Assembly: GCA_963809205.1 (NCBI GenBank)
Contig: CAWEIS010000028.1
Coordinates: forward strand, 76,469 to 140,468
Direction of reading: 5' to 3'
Length of the DNA stretch: 64,000 nt
Origin: an uncultured Actinomycetes bacterium
GTDB lineage: Bacteria; Actinomycetota; Thermoleophilia; Gaiellales; JAICJC01
Every line of letters begins with the position of its first letter. The stretch's first letter is position 1. The notes beneath the pieces are model-generated. The model saw only the letters and a program-made list of their open reading frames with translations. It was not told the origin of the DNA and did no database searches. Below are positions 17,069 through 26,727 of the stretch, one piece after another. The position numbers and the translations under genes were made by a program.

Positions 17069-17699
17069 CACGCAGCCAGCCACCGCCGCAACCAGAGCCG
17101 CTGACGCGGCCGAGCGAGCGGGAGGCGTTCTGGTTCTGGCTGAAGTTGACCAGCGCACAGGTTCCCGTTGGGCGGCCCAAGAGGACGCGAACACCGGTAC
17201 ACCCGGCCGCGGACGCCACTGCTCTGACCCATCCACCACGGTGATCCCGCAAAGGGCGACACGGACACCAGCATCGGGCGCTAAGTCCCACGCCACCCCA
17301 GCGTAGGACAGGTAGTCGAGGTCGCAACCCTCCGCCTCTGCTTCTCGCCACGCGTCTTCCAAGCGATCCCCACCTCGCCGATGCCAGAACAGAAACACCC
17401 CTTCGACTTCGCAGTACCCCTCATCCGGCTCCCGAACGCGACGCAGGAACCGACGCCTCCAGACCTCAGCAATCCCGGACGTCAGCCACACCTGACAGCC
17501 CTCCGTCTTGCTCAAGGTCGGCCATGCTCGGAGTCTGCCACCCTGAACACCGTCGTGCCCTAGGCCAGGTGAGGACAGTGATACTCGGCCCGTGGGCAGG
17601 GCGCTGACCCTCACGCTGCTCGTGCTTAGCTACCACTCGGTGGACGCCGGTGCGCGTCGCCTCGTTCGCCACGAATGGTACGTTGCCTGAGGTGCGCGC

Positions 17700-18053
17700 G
17701 TGATCCTCGTCATCGTGGGCATTGCCGCTGGCCTTCTGGTCAGCGATGCGGTCATGAACGGCCTGTCAGCGGGAGCGGTCGGAATCGTTGTGGCCACGGT
17801 GGTGATCTGGATCATCCACGGAGTATTGGCCATCTGGGTGGCGGCTCCAGTGCTTCTCCACCGCAACTCCAAGATTCTCGCCTGGCTGATCGATCTTGCG
17901 GCGATCGCGGTCTCGTTGATCGTGGCCAATGTTGCCCTCAAGGATCTCACGATCGCCGGGGCGAACACCTATGCCTTCGCGACTTTGATCATCTTTACTA
18001 CGAGCAACATTGCAGCGTTCGCGACCGAGATCGGAGATCAGAAACAGGCTTAG
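17700..18053 (+). CDS. Small integral membrane protein (about 4 TM), hypothetical
   Basis: 117 aa, almost entirely hydrophobic helices ('ILVIVGIAAGLLV', 'VGIVVATVVIWIIHGVLAIWVAAPVLL', 'LAWLIDLAAIAVSLIVANVAL', 'AFATLIIFTTSNIAAFA'). Lies in a lower-GC segment. Confidence 0.55.
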   Translation: MILVIVGIAAGLLVSDAVMNGLSAGAVGIVVATVVIWIIHGVLAIWVAAPVLLHRNSKILAWLIDLAAIAVSLIVANVALKDLTIAGANTYAFATLIIFTTSNIAAFATEIGDQKQA

Positions 18054-18149
18054 TCCGAACCACAGCAGCCCGCTTGTGTGGCCGTGGCGCGAGTAACCAC
18101 GCCCATGCTCGCACCATCGCCAGGCCGGCGTACTCGACCCGGTTGCCTG

Positions 18150-18740
18150 TCACTCTTCCCGAAATCCCTCCACAAACTGCCAATCGCGATACGCGCGGCG
18201 TAGGAGAGGCGCATGGCCGTCCCAGTCGGCCGCTGATAGAGGCGCGGGCGGGTCGAGGGTGATTCGGGCCTCTCGGATCGAGAAGCCCCAGCGAAATCCG
18301 AGGATCGCGCGAATCTCTTGCGGCGGCGCAGAGAACCTCGTGATGAACGAGAGAAAACTGTGCGCCACCCAATCCATTGAGCCGCGAGAGGTTCGCGAGG
18401 GCGCGTCAAAGAGCGTTGGACAGAGCCCGAAGAATCCAAAGGGATGTGGGACATCTCCTAAGGGCGTGAATGGATCCATCTCGAACTCGTCGGGGCCGCG
18501 CGCTCCGTCGGTCGAACGAACGACCTGAATCCACCCAAATGCGGCGTTGTATCCGCGTCCTGCATAACGCACCTCAGCGGTGCAGGTGGGAAACCCGAGA
18601 GAGACCTGGGACAAGCCCAGCGTGTTGGGGTCTAGGTTGTGTTCGACGGCAACCTCCACTGTGCCAGGAAGGCCGCGCAGGCGGAACTCAATGTTCACCC
18701 CGTACAGCGTATGTGTTCTGAGTCGGTCGAGCATGGCCAT
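18150..18740 (-). CDS. Hypothetical protein (no recognised family)
   Basis: Track ORF 18150..19085. Start placed at ATG 18740 (MAMLDRLRTH...) because the upstream extension is translated repeat DNA. 196 aa, soluble. Confidence 0.6.
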   Translation of the reverse strand: MAMLDRLRTHTLYGVNIEFRLRGLPGTVEVAVEHNLDPNTLGLSQVSLGFPTCTAEVRYAGRGYNAAFGWIQVVRSTDGARGPDEFEMDPFTPLGDVPHPFGFFGLCPTLFDAPSRTSRGSMDWVAHSFLSFITRFSAPPQEIRAILGFRWGFSIREARITLDPPAPLSAADWDGHAPLLRRAYRDWQFVEGFREE

Positions 18741-18852
18741 GGCCAGACCGGCATTGTCGACGGTCGCCTGGCCGCGTTCGGCGGGAACCCGAGTACCGTA
18801 ATTCTCGTTCTCTGGGCAGGCCCATGGTCCTTCGTCTCGTGTGAGCGGCCCT

Positions 18853-19027
18853 ATGCGTGCGCGCGTGTAGGGAGCTCGGGTCGACTGTGCCAGGCTACGC
18901 ACCCCCACCCCCCGCTGCAGGAGCCGAGGCGGAGGATGGGGTTCCTTCGCGTCGTCTGAGCCGTCCCATGCGTGCGCGCGTGCAGAGATCGGGGCGACCG
19001 TGCCAGGCTCCGCACTCTCACCCCCGC
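18853..19027. repeat. Two copies of an imperfect direct repeat of about 60 bp, with a 115-bp period
   Basis: Copy 1 (18853-18915): atgcgtgcgcgcgtgtagggagctcgggtcgactgtgccaggctacgcacccccaccccccgc. Copy 2 (18968-19027): atgcgtgcgcgcgtgcagagatcggggcgaccgtgccaggctccgcactctcacccccgc. About 80% identity by eye. Confidence 0.8.
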
Positions 19028-19145
19028 GGTGAGAGTCGTCGCGGGGTATGGGGGCCCGATGCCGCGTTGCGCCGGTGTTAGCCACCTGTGTTGCCCTCTC
19101 TTAATCGTGCCGCAAATGGCGACTGTTGTGAAGACCCAGCCCACC

Positions 19146-19178
19146 GTTGAGCCCTTCCTCAGAAAGGGAGGGCTCAAC
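19146..19178 (-). terminator. 13-bp-stem hairpin just downstream of the ECF sigma gene
   Basis: GTTGAGCCCTTCC-TCAGAAA-GGGAGGGCTCAAC, 28 nt beyond the stop at 19206. No clear U-tract. Confidence 0.45.
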
Positions 19179-19205
19179 TGCGCGAAGCGGAGCTAAGCTC
19201 GCCGC

Positions 19206-19817
19206 TCATCCCATCACCCGCTCCGCTGCGAGGCGGTCGGCGAGGTGCGCGAGCGCGCAGCGCGTACGGGTCTTGACCGTGCCCAGCGGCGCGCCCAGCC
19301 GTGCGGCCACCTCGCTCTGTGAGAGGCCATCGAAGTAGGCCAACTCGATCACCTCCCGCTCGTGATCGGGAAGCCCGTCGACCGCCGCATGGACGCGGAA
19401 GGCCTCTTCGGCCGCCGAGGCCCGCTCGTCGGGGCCGGGCCCGTCATCCGGCAGATCGGGTACCTCCCACCGGCTCGGGGCCGCGCGCGAACGCATCGCG
19501 TCGATGGCGGCGTTGCGGGCGATCGCGAACAGCCAGCCCGCGGCCGGCCCCCGCTGGCGGCGGTATCCGGCGGCCGCCCGCCAGACGTTGGTGAACGCAT
19601 GCTGGACGACGTCCTCGCCGTGAGCACAGTCGCCGATCAGACGGACTACGACCGCGTACACAGCCCTACCGTAGCGCCCGTAGAACTCGTCGAAGGCCGC
19701 CTCGTCCCGCCGCTCGGCCACCAGCTCGAGCAGATCCTCGTCGCTGCGCGAGGATAGCTGCACGGCACCGAGCGGTGAGGCTCGCCGAGGCTGCTGCTCC
19801 ATCACCGCGCCGGCCAT
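19206..19817 (-). CDS. ECF-type sigma-70 family RNA polymerase sigma factor
   Basis: Region 2 'AAFDEFYGRYGRAVYAVVVRLIGDCAHGEDVVQHAFTNVW' and region 4 'LPDHEREVIELAYFDGLSQSEVAARLGAPLGTVKTRTRCAL'. Start at ATG 19817 or 19802; the track start 19937 is unlikely. Confidence 0.85.
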   Translation of the reverse strand: MAGAVMEQQPRRASPLGAVQLSSRSDEDLLELVAERRDEAAFDEFYGRYGRAVYAVVVRLIGDCAHGEDVVQHAFTNVWRAAAGYRRQRGPAAGWLFAIARNAAIDAMRSRAAPSRWEVPDLPDDGPGPDERASAAEEAFRVHAAVDGLPDHEREVIELAYFDGLSQSEVAARLGAPLGTVKTRTRCALAHLADRLAAERVMG

Positions 19818-20007
19818 CGCGCCGCATACGGCTCGGGGTGGTCCGGTTTCTCGGTGAGTACAGGCGTTGTGTCGAATCGGGGTCTTCATCCCGGATGTCT
19901 CCCTCTCTGAGCCCAGAGCGTGGTGGGTCGGCTTCATGTAGTGCCGATGGTCACCGAGGGGACGTCCGCTCGCAATGGGGTGACCCCCCTGCCTTTTCCC
20001 CTGACCA

Positions 20008-20670
20008 CTACACGTGCCAGGGTTTGCTGTGGCCCTGGCTTGCGAACTCGGCAGCGCCGCGGGCCCGGAGTCGTCTCCCCGGGCCCGCAGCTGTGGAGCG
20101 ACGGCAGCGGGTCGTGAACGTCTGGTCGGCGCCGGTGAAGGTGCCGAAATCGGACTGGACGCTGACGCGGTAGTGGAACGTCGTTCCGCCGGGTAGGCCT
20201 GACACCGCCTGGGAGACGCTTTGCACCGTTACCGCAGGCCCGATGCGGACGACCGGTGTCCGCGCATTCGGTGGTCAGGCCGAACTGGAAGCTGACATTG
20301 ACCACGGCCCCGCCGGGGTCGACCCGGCCGTGCAGCGTGGCGTCGCTTGCGGTCACAGCGGTGGCCGGGTTGGTCGTGACGCGCTGTTGCGGGTGGGATC
20401 GATGCTCAGCGTCGGATCGCCCGCGGCCGACGTGAGCGATGTGGCTCAGCCGCTTGATGCTGGTCTGCTGGGACAGAAGCTGTTCACGGACGTGCCGCTG
20501 CCTGGGGTGACACCAGCGCAGGTTGCGTCGCCGGAGATGCCCCGTGACACGAAGATCTGGAACTTGGCCGCCCGTCGCAGCGCCGTCAGGCCGCGCCCAG
20601 CGCGGCCAGTGGTCGTCTGAATCGGTACACGATTGTCCCCTGTATGTGATGAGCGTGTCCCGTACGACAC
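20008..20670 (-). pseudogene. Frameshifted gene for a protein with an FN3/Ig-like 'TTxHYRV' surface-repeat domain
   Basis: 'TTNPATAVTASDATLHGRVDPGGAVVNVSFQFGLTT' in one frame continues as 'ARTPVVRIGPAVTVQSVSQAVSGLPGGTTFHYRVSVQSDFGTFTGADQTFTT' in the +1 frame. The upstream part is broken further. Confidence 0.45.
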
Positions 20671-20779
20671 GGGGCACCCGGTCTGCCTGATTCAGCGCCC
20701 CCGGGTATGTGCGATACATCCTCGCCAGGCCCACGCCCGGCCCGCATTGGGGTCGACCCCCGAAGTACCCCCAATCTGC

Positions 20780-23596
20780 CTAGGAGCTCGCGACCGTGAG
20801 GGCCCGGGCGATCTGGGTGCGCGATCCGATGTCGAGCTTTCGAAAGACGCTTCGCAGATGGTTCTCGATCGTCTTCTCGGTGACGAAGAGCGCCTGGGCG
20901 ACCTCGCGGTTCGTCATGCCCTCGGCGGCCATCCGGGCCACACGTGATTCGCTGGCGGTGAGCTTGCTGCGGCTCTCGATCGGATTGCGCCGCGGCCGTG
21001 CGCCCGCGGCGATCAGTTCCTCGTGAGCGCGGCGGGCGACCGAATCGGCCTGGCAGGCAAGCGCTAGGTCGAGCGCCTCGGCCAGCATCGAGCGCGCCTC
21101 CGCCCGACGTCCGACCCGTCGCTGCGCGCTTCCCAGGGCGAGCATCGCGTACGCCAGTTCCAACCGGCCAGGCGACGTCTCCAGCACCGCAACCGCCTCC
21201 TCGAGCGGCGGGATGGCGTCGTCGCCTTGGTGAAGCAGGCTGGCTGCGCGGAGCGCAGCGCCCAGCGGCCGCGGCGCGCCGAACGCCCGACAGCGAACCA
21301 GCTGTTCGTCGATCAGCTTCCGCGCTTCGTCCTCGCGGCCGGCTGCCAGGAGCAGGGGTACCGCGTCCGACCGCCAGTCCGAGACGGCGGGCGTGAGTAT
21401 GCCCCACTCGCGTTCGAGGCGGCCGCACATGGCGTACTCCTCCAGCGCCTGTGCCCGGCGGCCGTGCGCCGCGTTGAGCCGGCCCTTGGTCTCGTGATGG
21501 CTGATCGCGCCGATGGTGATGCCACGATCGGCGTCCAGACCGGCGCTGCGCCAGGTCTCGCTGGCCTCGTCGAGCTGGCCGCGGGCGATCTGGGCGTCAA
21601 CGAGTGCCAGGGCGCCGTAGGGAATGCCGCGGAGCGTGATCCCGGTGAGCGCATTCGCGGCGTCCGCCTCTGCTTCGGCTAGCGCACCGCGAAGCCACCA
21701 GGTCATCGCTCGCATGTGGCTCGCCACCGAGTATGCCGGCGCGGCGCCGCGCCGGCGCGACCAGGCGATCACGTCGGTAAAGATCGCGGTGGCCTCCTCG
21801 AGCATCTCGCCCAGCATCAGTACCGTGGGCACCATCCAGAACGACGCCGCGTCCGGCCCCGGGTCGTCGATCAGGCCGCCGTCTCCGAGAATGCGCAGCG
21901 CGATGACGCGCACCTCCTGTTGCGTGCCGGTCATCACGGCATCGAGCGCGGCGTGGGCAAGGCCGATGCGCGCCCGCGGCGAACTGAGCGGTCCGGAGGC
22001 CGGCTCGAACGGCGTCGGCAGGGTCGGGAGGCTGCGCCAGGCCTCGAGGCTGCTGGCCGCCGTGAAACACCGGGTCCCCTGCAGGAACAGCCCCAGCTCA
22101 CGCTCGGACTCCGGCAGGGCCTGGATTGCCTCGGTCAAGGCTCGCACGGCCTCGGCCGGTCGATCTGTGAGAGTGAGCGCCGTGCCCAGCTCGGCGGCAG
22201 CAGCCGCTCGTACCGTCACGCTCACGGGCATCCTGCCGGCGCCGGACAGATTCTCGACCGCGGTGCCGATATCACCGGCGGCGAGCGCGCTCGAGCCGAG
22301 CTCGAGTGTCAGCTCGGGCGACAGGGTTGCGTCCGGTGGCTCTGCCAGTGCGCGTCGGAGGTACGTCGCGGCCACATCCGCCGCGCCACGCTGGCGAGCC
22401 GTTCGAGCCGCCAGCCTGAGCACGTCCACAGTCTGAGGGTCACCTCGCGGCCCCGACGCAAGCAGATGCACGGCCACCCGATCGGGCTCGGCGCCTGCGG
22501 CCAACTGCAGTGCAGCCGCGCGGCCGTGCCACTGCATACGCTCGCCCAGCCCGAGCTCCCCGTAGACCGCTGCCCGCACCAGCGGGTGTTCGAACATGAG
22601 CGGTAGCCCCGACTGCATGATCGCCGCCGAGGTGAGGTCGTCGGCGGCTCGCTCCGCCACCTCGTCGTCCAGCTCCGCCAACCGGGCCGCCATACGCGGC
22701 TCCGCTGCGCCGCCGAGCACCGCGACGGCGCGGGCCAGCCACGTGCACTCCTCGGGCAGGCCTCGCAGGCGCGCACGCACCGAGCGATCGACACCGACCG
22801 ATCGCAGCCCATCAGCAAGCGGGGCGTTGGCCGCCCTCGGCTCGATCTCGCGGCGCACCAGCTCGCCGACCAACTCATTGACCAGGAACCCGTTGCCGCC
22901 GGTGGCGTCATAACAGGCGGCCAGGAACTCGGCATCGGCGCCGTGCAGCGTCTGCGCGACCAGACCCGCCACCGCCGCCTCAGAAAGGGGTGCCGGCCGC
23001 ACGGCAGACGCGCCGGCCAGCGTGCACAGGTCGTCGATCGCCTCCTGGACTTCGCCGGGCTCGTTCGAGCGCGAGGTCACAACCATCGCCAGTCTGAGCC
23101 CGTCGGCTCGGCGCGCGACGTACGGCAACCAGCGCAGGGACGGCCCGTCGCACCAGTGCGCGTCGTCGATCAACAGCAGCAGCGGCCTCTGCGCGGCGGC
23201 GTTGGCCGTGAACCAATAGAGGCCGTGCAGCGCCGTCAGCGGCGGCTCGAACGCGGCGTTGGTCTGGATCTGCGACAGGACTGGGCCGGCGAGTGCTCCA
23301 GCCCCCGCCAATAAGGCTTCGCGCTCCTCCTCGTCGGCGGCGGCAAGCAGCGGCTCGAGCAGCTGCCGCACAATCCCGAACGGGAATGCCTGCTCGAGGT
23401 CCGATCCGCGTGCCGTCAGCACGCAGAAGTCATCGGCGGACTCCCGGGCCTCGATCAGCAGCCGTGACTTGCCGATGCCTGGCGGCCCTTCGATGACCAG
23501 CGCGCCGCCGCTTCCGGCTCGTGCGTTAGCAAGCAAACGGCCGAGCGTCTCTAACTCGCGCTCGCGCTCGATGAGCGATGCGGCGCGTACGGCCAC
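20780..23596 (-). CDS. LAL-type regulator (large ATP-binding LuxR family: P-loop NTPase + TPR-like region + LuxR HTH)
   Basis: 938 aa. Walker A 'GPPGIGKSRLL', Walker B 'LLLLIDDAHWCD', a long helical-repeat middle, and C-terminal 'LTASESRVARMAAEGMTNREVAQALFVTEKTIENHLRSVFRKL'. Confidence 0.9.
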   Translation of the reverse strand: MAVRAASLIERERELETLGRLLANARAGSGGALVIEGPPGIGKSRLLIEARESADDFCVLTARGSDLEQAFPFGIVRQLLEPLLAAADEEEREALLAGAGALAGPVLSQIQTNAAFEPPLTALHGLYWFTANAAAQRPLLLLIDDAHWCDGPSLRWLPYVARRADGLRLAMVVTSRSNEPGEVQEAIDDLCTLAGASAVRPAPLSEAAVAGLVAQTLHGADAEFLAACYDATGGNGFLVNELVGELVRREIEPRAANAPLADGLRSVGVDRSVRARLRGLPEECTWLARAVAVLGGAAEPRMAARLAELDDEVAERAADDLTSAAIMQSGLPLMFEHPLVRAAVYGELGLGERMQWHGRAAALQLAAGAEPDRVAVHLLASGPRGDPQTVDVLRLAARTARQRGAADVAATYLRRALAEPPDATLSPELTLELGSSALAAGDIGTAVENLSGAGRMPVSVTVRAAAAAELGTALTLTDRPAEAVRALTEAIQALPESERELGLFLQGTRCFTAASSLEAWRSLPTLPTPFEPASGPLSSPRARIGLAHAALDAVMTGTQQEVRVIALRILGDGGLIDDPGPDAASFWMVPTVLMLGEMLEEATAIFTDVIAWSRRRGAAPAYSVASHMRAMTWWLRGALAEAEADAANALTGITLRGIPYGALALVDAQIARGQLDEASETWRSAGLDADRGITIGAISHHETKGRLNAAHGRRAQALEEYAMCGRLEREWGILTPAVSDWRSDAVPLLLAAGREDEARKLIDEQLVRCRAFGAPRPLGAALRAASLLHQGDDAIPPLEEAVAVLETSPGRLELAYAMLALGSAQRRVGRRAEARSMLAEALDLALACQADSVARRAHEELIAAGARPRRNPIESRSKLTASESRVARMAAEGMTNREVAQALFVTEKTIENHLRSVFRKLDIGSRTQIARALTVASS

Positions 23597-23622
23597 GGTG
23601 AGATCATAGGCGGTCGTGGCTC

Positions 23623-23859
23623 TTGTTGCTTGCTGGATCAGGCTTGAGGAGCGGGAGCCAGGGGGAGCGTGATGGTGACGCCCTGCTCTTCAACATCGCG
23701 TGCTGCGAGAGCCTCGCGGGCCGCTCGGCCGACGCGATCGGGCATCTGCGGCGCGCGATCGAGCTCGACAGCCAGCTTCGCACGTGGGTCGCCAGCGACT
23801 CGGACTTCGACCCGATTCGTGACGAGCCCGGGTTCAGCGGGCTGTTGGTCGGCCCTTGA
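23623..23859 (+). CDS. Short TPR-like C-terminal fragment (possible gene remnant)
   Basis: 78-aa ORF. 'ALLFNIACCESLAGRSADAIGHLRRAIELDSQLRTWVASDSDFDPIRDEPGF' looks like the last repeat of a TPR protein. It has no SD and no N-terminal domain. Confidence 0.4.
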   Translation: MLLAGSGLRSGSQGERDGDALLFNIACCESLAGRSADAIGHLRRAIELDSQLRTWVASDSDFDPIRDEPGFSGLLVGP

Positions 23860-24306
23860 TTAGACGAGGCGCGGGTGCAGCGTGCACGAAGCGATGAGGG
23901 TGGTGCCGAAACGGTTTCGTACCCTGACGTGGTCGCCTGACTGGAGTCTTGGCACGTATTGCCCCTTCGATTGGTAGCGCACGAGCTGCGCGGTACCCTG
24001 ACTCCCAACGCGCATAAACCCAAGCTTGTGGCCCGCGGCGAAGACCGTGAGCAACTTTCCGGTGAGCTTGCCGGGGGCATTCCGCAGGCTCAGAGAGAAG
24101 TGGCGATCCTGCTCAGTCTTGGTGAACGGCCCAAACCCGACGCCTCCGCGGATCGCCGGGTAGACGCTGCTGCCACGAAGCGTTCCACTGAGAATGGGAT
24201 GCCCGGTGATCGACGGAGATAGGCGCTGGGCCGATGACGCCGGCACGCCAACCAGCACGCCTGCGATCGCTGCGGTAAGAACGTACACAACCAGGCGTAG
24301 CCGCAT
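23860..24306 (-). CDS. Secreted hypothetical protein
   Basis: ATG 24306 follows ACGGAGAG. Signal peptide 'MRLRLVVYVLTAAIAGVLVGVPASSA'. 148 aa. Confidence 0.6.
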   Translation of the reverse strand: MRLRLVVYVLTAAIAGVLVGVPASSAQRLSPSITGHPILSGTLRGSSVYPAIRGGVGFGPFTKTEQDRHFSLSLRNAPGKLTGKLLTVFAAGHKLGFMRVGSQGTAQLVRYQSKGQYVPRLQSGDHVRVRNRFGTTLIASCTLHPRLV

Positions 24307-24806
24307 GAAAGCTCTCCGTAAGCCGGCGATGACTGCCAACCACTATCCAGCATCCTGGGTTCGTCTGCACCGCGGCGACGGCGACCGGCCTAGCCGCCCC
24401 GACTCCTGCGTCGCCGGACCAGAACGCAGAAATTTCCTCACCGGCCGCAACACGACGACCCGCGGGCATCGATGGCACGAGCACGCGACGGAACACGGCA
24501 ACATCCTCGTCCTCGGCCGCGTCTGCGCTAGGTGCGGCCGGCAAGAAACAGCGGCGATCCGAGGAAAGGACGACCTGGTTGACGGTGGTTCGCAAACGGC
24601 TGCGAGCTCGTCAGTTGACCGCCAAGTCGAGAGCCTGTAACCTGCGCATCCTTGCAATCGGACTGTGGGTGGCTCCCGTGTTTGTTGCGAGAACGAGGCG
24701 TGGCGCACCCCCTCTCCGGGCGCGCCCCAGTAGGCGCGTGCACAGGCAGGGCGCGCCTACTTCGACCAGCGTCCGGCCGGTACACACTTCCGTGCCGGTC
24801 GGGCGC

Positions 24807-25144
24807 CTACGACTCGCAATGGGGCAAACGAGCGTTTGCATCGTTGGCGAGGTTGGGTACGATCTCAAGCTGGCGGCCCGGATTTCCCCCGCGCCGCGAG
24901 TGCTCCATCCATCGGGTTCTCGCAGGTGTTGCCTGCCAGATGACGGGGTCGTCCGGGCCGCTCCCTCGGATGCCGGTTTCGACCCACACACTCCCGTCGG
25001 CGGGCGCAACCCATTCGACCCTGACCACATCAGCTCCACGTGGGCGGGGGTTGACCCCGCCCGCTTATGACCCGGCAGGTTCCGGGCCGCCAGTTCGCCG
25101 CAGTGCAGACAGACCGCCTCACCAGTCATCTTGGGCTCTTTCAT
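24807..25144 (-). pseudogene. Zn-ribbon-like small ORF whose coding signal switches frame (frameshift or overlapping pair)
   Basis: Frame 1 reads 'MKEPKMTGEAVCLHCGELAARNLPGHKRAGSTPAHVEL' and is GC3-rich. From 25028 the GC3 signal moves to the next frame: 'VVRVEWVAPADGSVWVETGIRGSGPDDPVIWQ...*' (track ORF 24807..25028). Confidence 0.35.
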
Positions 25145-25303
25145 TTTGATGTGGACTCGGTACCGGTTCGGTCGTTCTGGTGATCTCATACGGGCCTGCC
25201 GCAGTGCTTGCAGGTGATTTGTCCGGGTGGTCTCCGACCTCGGCCCTCGCCACTGACTGGCGGAATCACTCGCGCCATTTTTACGCATTCTTCTCCGCGT
25301 AAC

Positions 25304-25432
25304 ATGCTGACAGTGTTCGGCACCGGCGGCTTCGAGAAACTGGTCGCGTTCAAGGCTGCTCTCGTCGCGCAACTGTCAAAGCACGACCTCGATGTGCCTG
25401 ACTGGGTCGAGGCTTTGGGGAAGCCCAGCTGA
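25304..25432 (+). CDS. Possible 42-aa ORF
   Basis: 'MLTVFGTGGFEKLVAFKAALVAQLSKHDLDVPDWVEALGKPS*' has high GC3, while the in-frame upstream sequence does not. No clear SD. Confidence 0.3.
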   Translation: MLTVFGTGGFEKLVAFKAALVAQLSKHDLDVPDWVEALGKPS

Positions 25433-25862
25433 GGCGTTTGCCGCCGTCCGAAGCAACCTGACTGGCTTGTCCCCAAACTCGACGCTTTTCTAGGGCTCCG
25501 CGCGCCGGGTCGGGTCGTGCTCAGGTGGCGCCGACCTGTTGGCCTCCGCGCAGCGCCGCCGATACGCTCGTGACCGACACGCCTGGTCGTGATGACGCTG
25601 CCTATCACGCGCCGCGTGGCGAATCGTTTGGGCAGCCGGCGGGGGGTGCTAACGATCGGCGGGTGCGGGTAGACTTGGGGTTGTCTCCTACGTCGGCTGT
25701 TGAGACTGATGGCCGCCTCTAGTGGGGGCCGTCTTTGCGTCTGAGGGCGCCGGTTCGTGTGCGGTGCTGTCGTTCGGACGCCCGCTTGCGCTCCGCCTTG
25801 CTACCGCGTCGTTCTCTGGGTTGGGCTTGACAATCCAGGAACCCGCTTCACGATTAGTAGGC

Positions 25863-26117
25863 ATGACTAGCACGCAGACTCAGGCCATCAGCATCAGCGC
25901 GGCGCGGGTTGTCGCAGGCGACGTGGTGACCCGGGACGAGGAACGACGTATCGTCGCAATGGTCGAGTGGTACCACCGCACGCAGCGGCGATTTACCTAT
26001 ACCGACGGGAGCAAGTCCTACCACTCGATGAGTCAGCGGGTCACCGTCGAGCGGCCGATCAGCGCGGCGGCGGATCGGTCAGCGGCGTGTGCCGAGTCGC
26101 TGGATCGATCCCTCTAG
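25863..26117 (+). CDS. Small hypothetical protein (84 aa)
   Basis: The part of track ORF 25722..26117 from ATG 25863 is GC3-rich (about 78% by hand count): 'MTSTQTQAISISAARVVAGDVVTRDEERRIVAMVEWYHRTQRRFTYTDGS...'. Confidence 0.5.
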   Translation: MTSTQTQAISISAARVVAGDVVTRDEERRIVAMVEWYHRTQRRFTYTDGSKSYHSMSQRVTVERPISAAADRSAACAESLDRSL

Positions 26118-26247
26118 GTCGCGCAGCCTGCGCTGGACGTCGCGCAGGCCAGCCAGTAGCTCAGCGTCGTCCCGCTGATGTCTACCTCCGTTGCCGTGAT
26201 TTGCTGGGCGACGTGTTCGCCGACGAACCGCTGGGCTATGGCGACGG

Positions 26248-26727
26248 TCAGGAGCGTTGCGACGATCGACGCAGCCGAGCCGGCAGGGCTAGCGGGTTTC
26301 GCTCGCTTTGTTCGTCGGCGATGGTGTAGAGGTCGGCGCGGGTCTTGACGTCGGCGCAGGCGTCGCAGAGTAGCCACAGGTTGCCCATCTCGGTCAGGCC
26401 GCCCTGGAGTAGCGGCCGGCGGTGGTTCACTTGGCCGGTCAGGGGGAGGATGCGGCTGCCGCAGACTTCGCAGTGGTGGCGGGCGCGTCGGCGGACGTCC
26501 CGCCGCAGCCGGCGGTAGACGGCAGGCGGTGGGACGAGCTGGCGGCCGGTTTCCTCCGACCCTGCCCAGGGTGCGGGCGAATGCCCCCGGCACCGGCCCC
26601 CACCCGGTATGGATGGTTCGGTGCACCCAGCGACCAGGCACACACCCGCGGCTCGTTGGCTGAGGTCGCGGCGTACCGCATCGCGATCGGATGCGCCTGT
26701 CATTTGCATGTTCCACTTCAGACTCAT
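26248..26727 (-). CDS. HNH endonuclease (orphan, phage/mobile-element type)
   Basis: 'RARHHCEVCG...GQVNHRRPLLQGGLTEMGNLWLLCDACADVKT' is an HNH motif with flanking Cys pairs. Start at ATG 26727, 26709 or 26703. Confidence 0.75.
   Translation of the reverse strand: MSLKWNMQMTGASDRDAVRRDLSQRAAGVCLVAGCTEPSIPGGGRCRGHSPAPWAGSEETGRQLVPPPAVYRRLRRDVRRRARHHCEVCGSRILPLTGQVNHRRPLLQGGLTEMGNLWLLCDACADVKTRADLYTIADEQSERNPLALPARLRRSSQRS

Noticed and set aside
16952-17614. A 220-aa minus-strand ORF. The segment about 17284-17538 ('WPTLSKTEGCQVWLTSGIAEVWRRRFLRRVREPDEGYCEVEGVFLFWHRRGGDRLEDAWREAEAEGCDLDYLSYAGVAWDL') has coding-like GC3.
   Set aside because: There is no canonical start near the coding-like part and no stop where the signal fades; the frame runs on into the antisense of chrB. 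It is possibly another decayed gene, but I cannot define a feature.
24113-24595. A 160-aa minus-strand ORF upstream of the secreted protein gene. Its first ~80 codons have fair GC3.
   Set aside because: It would overlap the well-supported gene 23860..24306 by about 190 nt in another frame, and it has no recognisable domain. It is probably non-coding or a decayed fragment.
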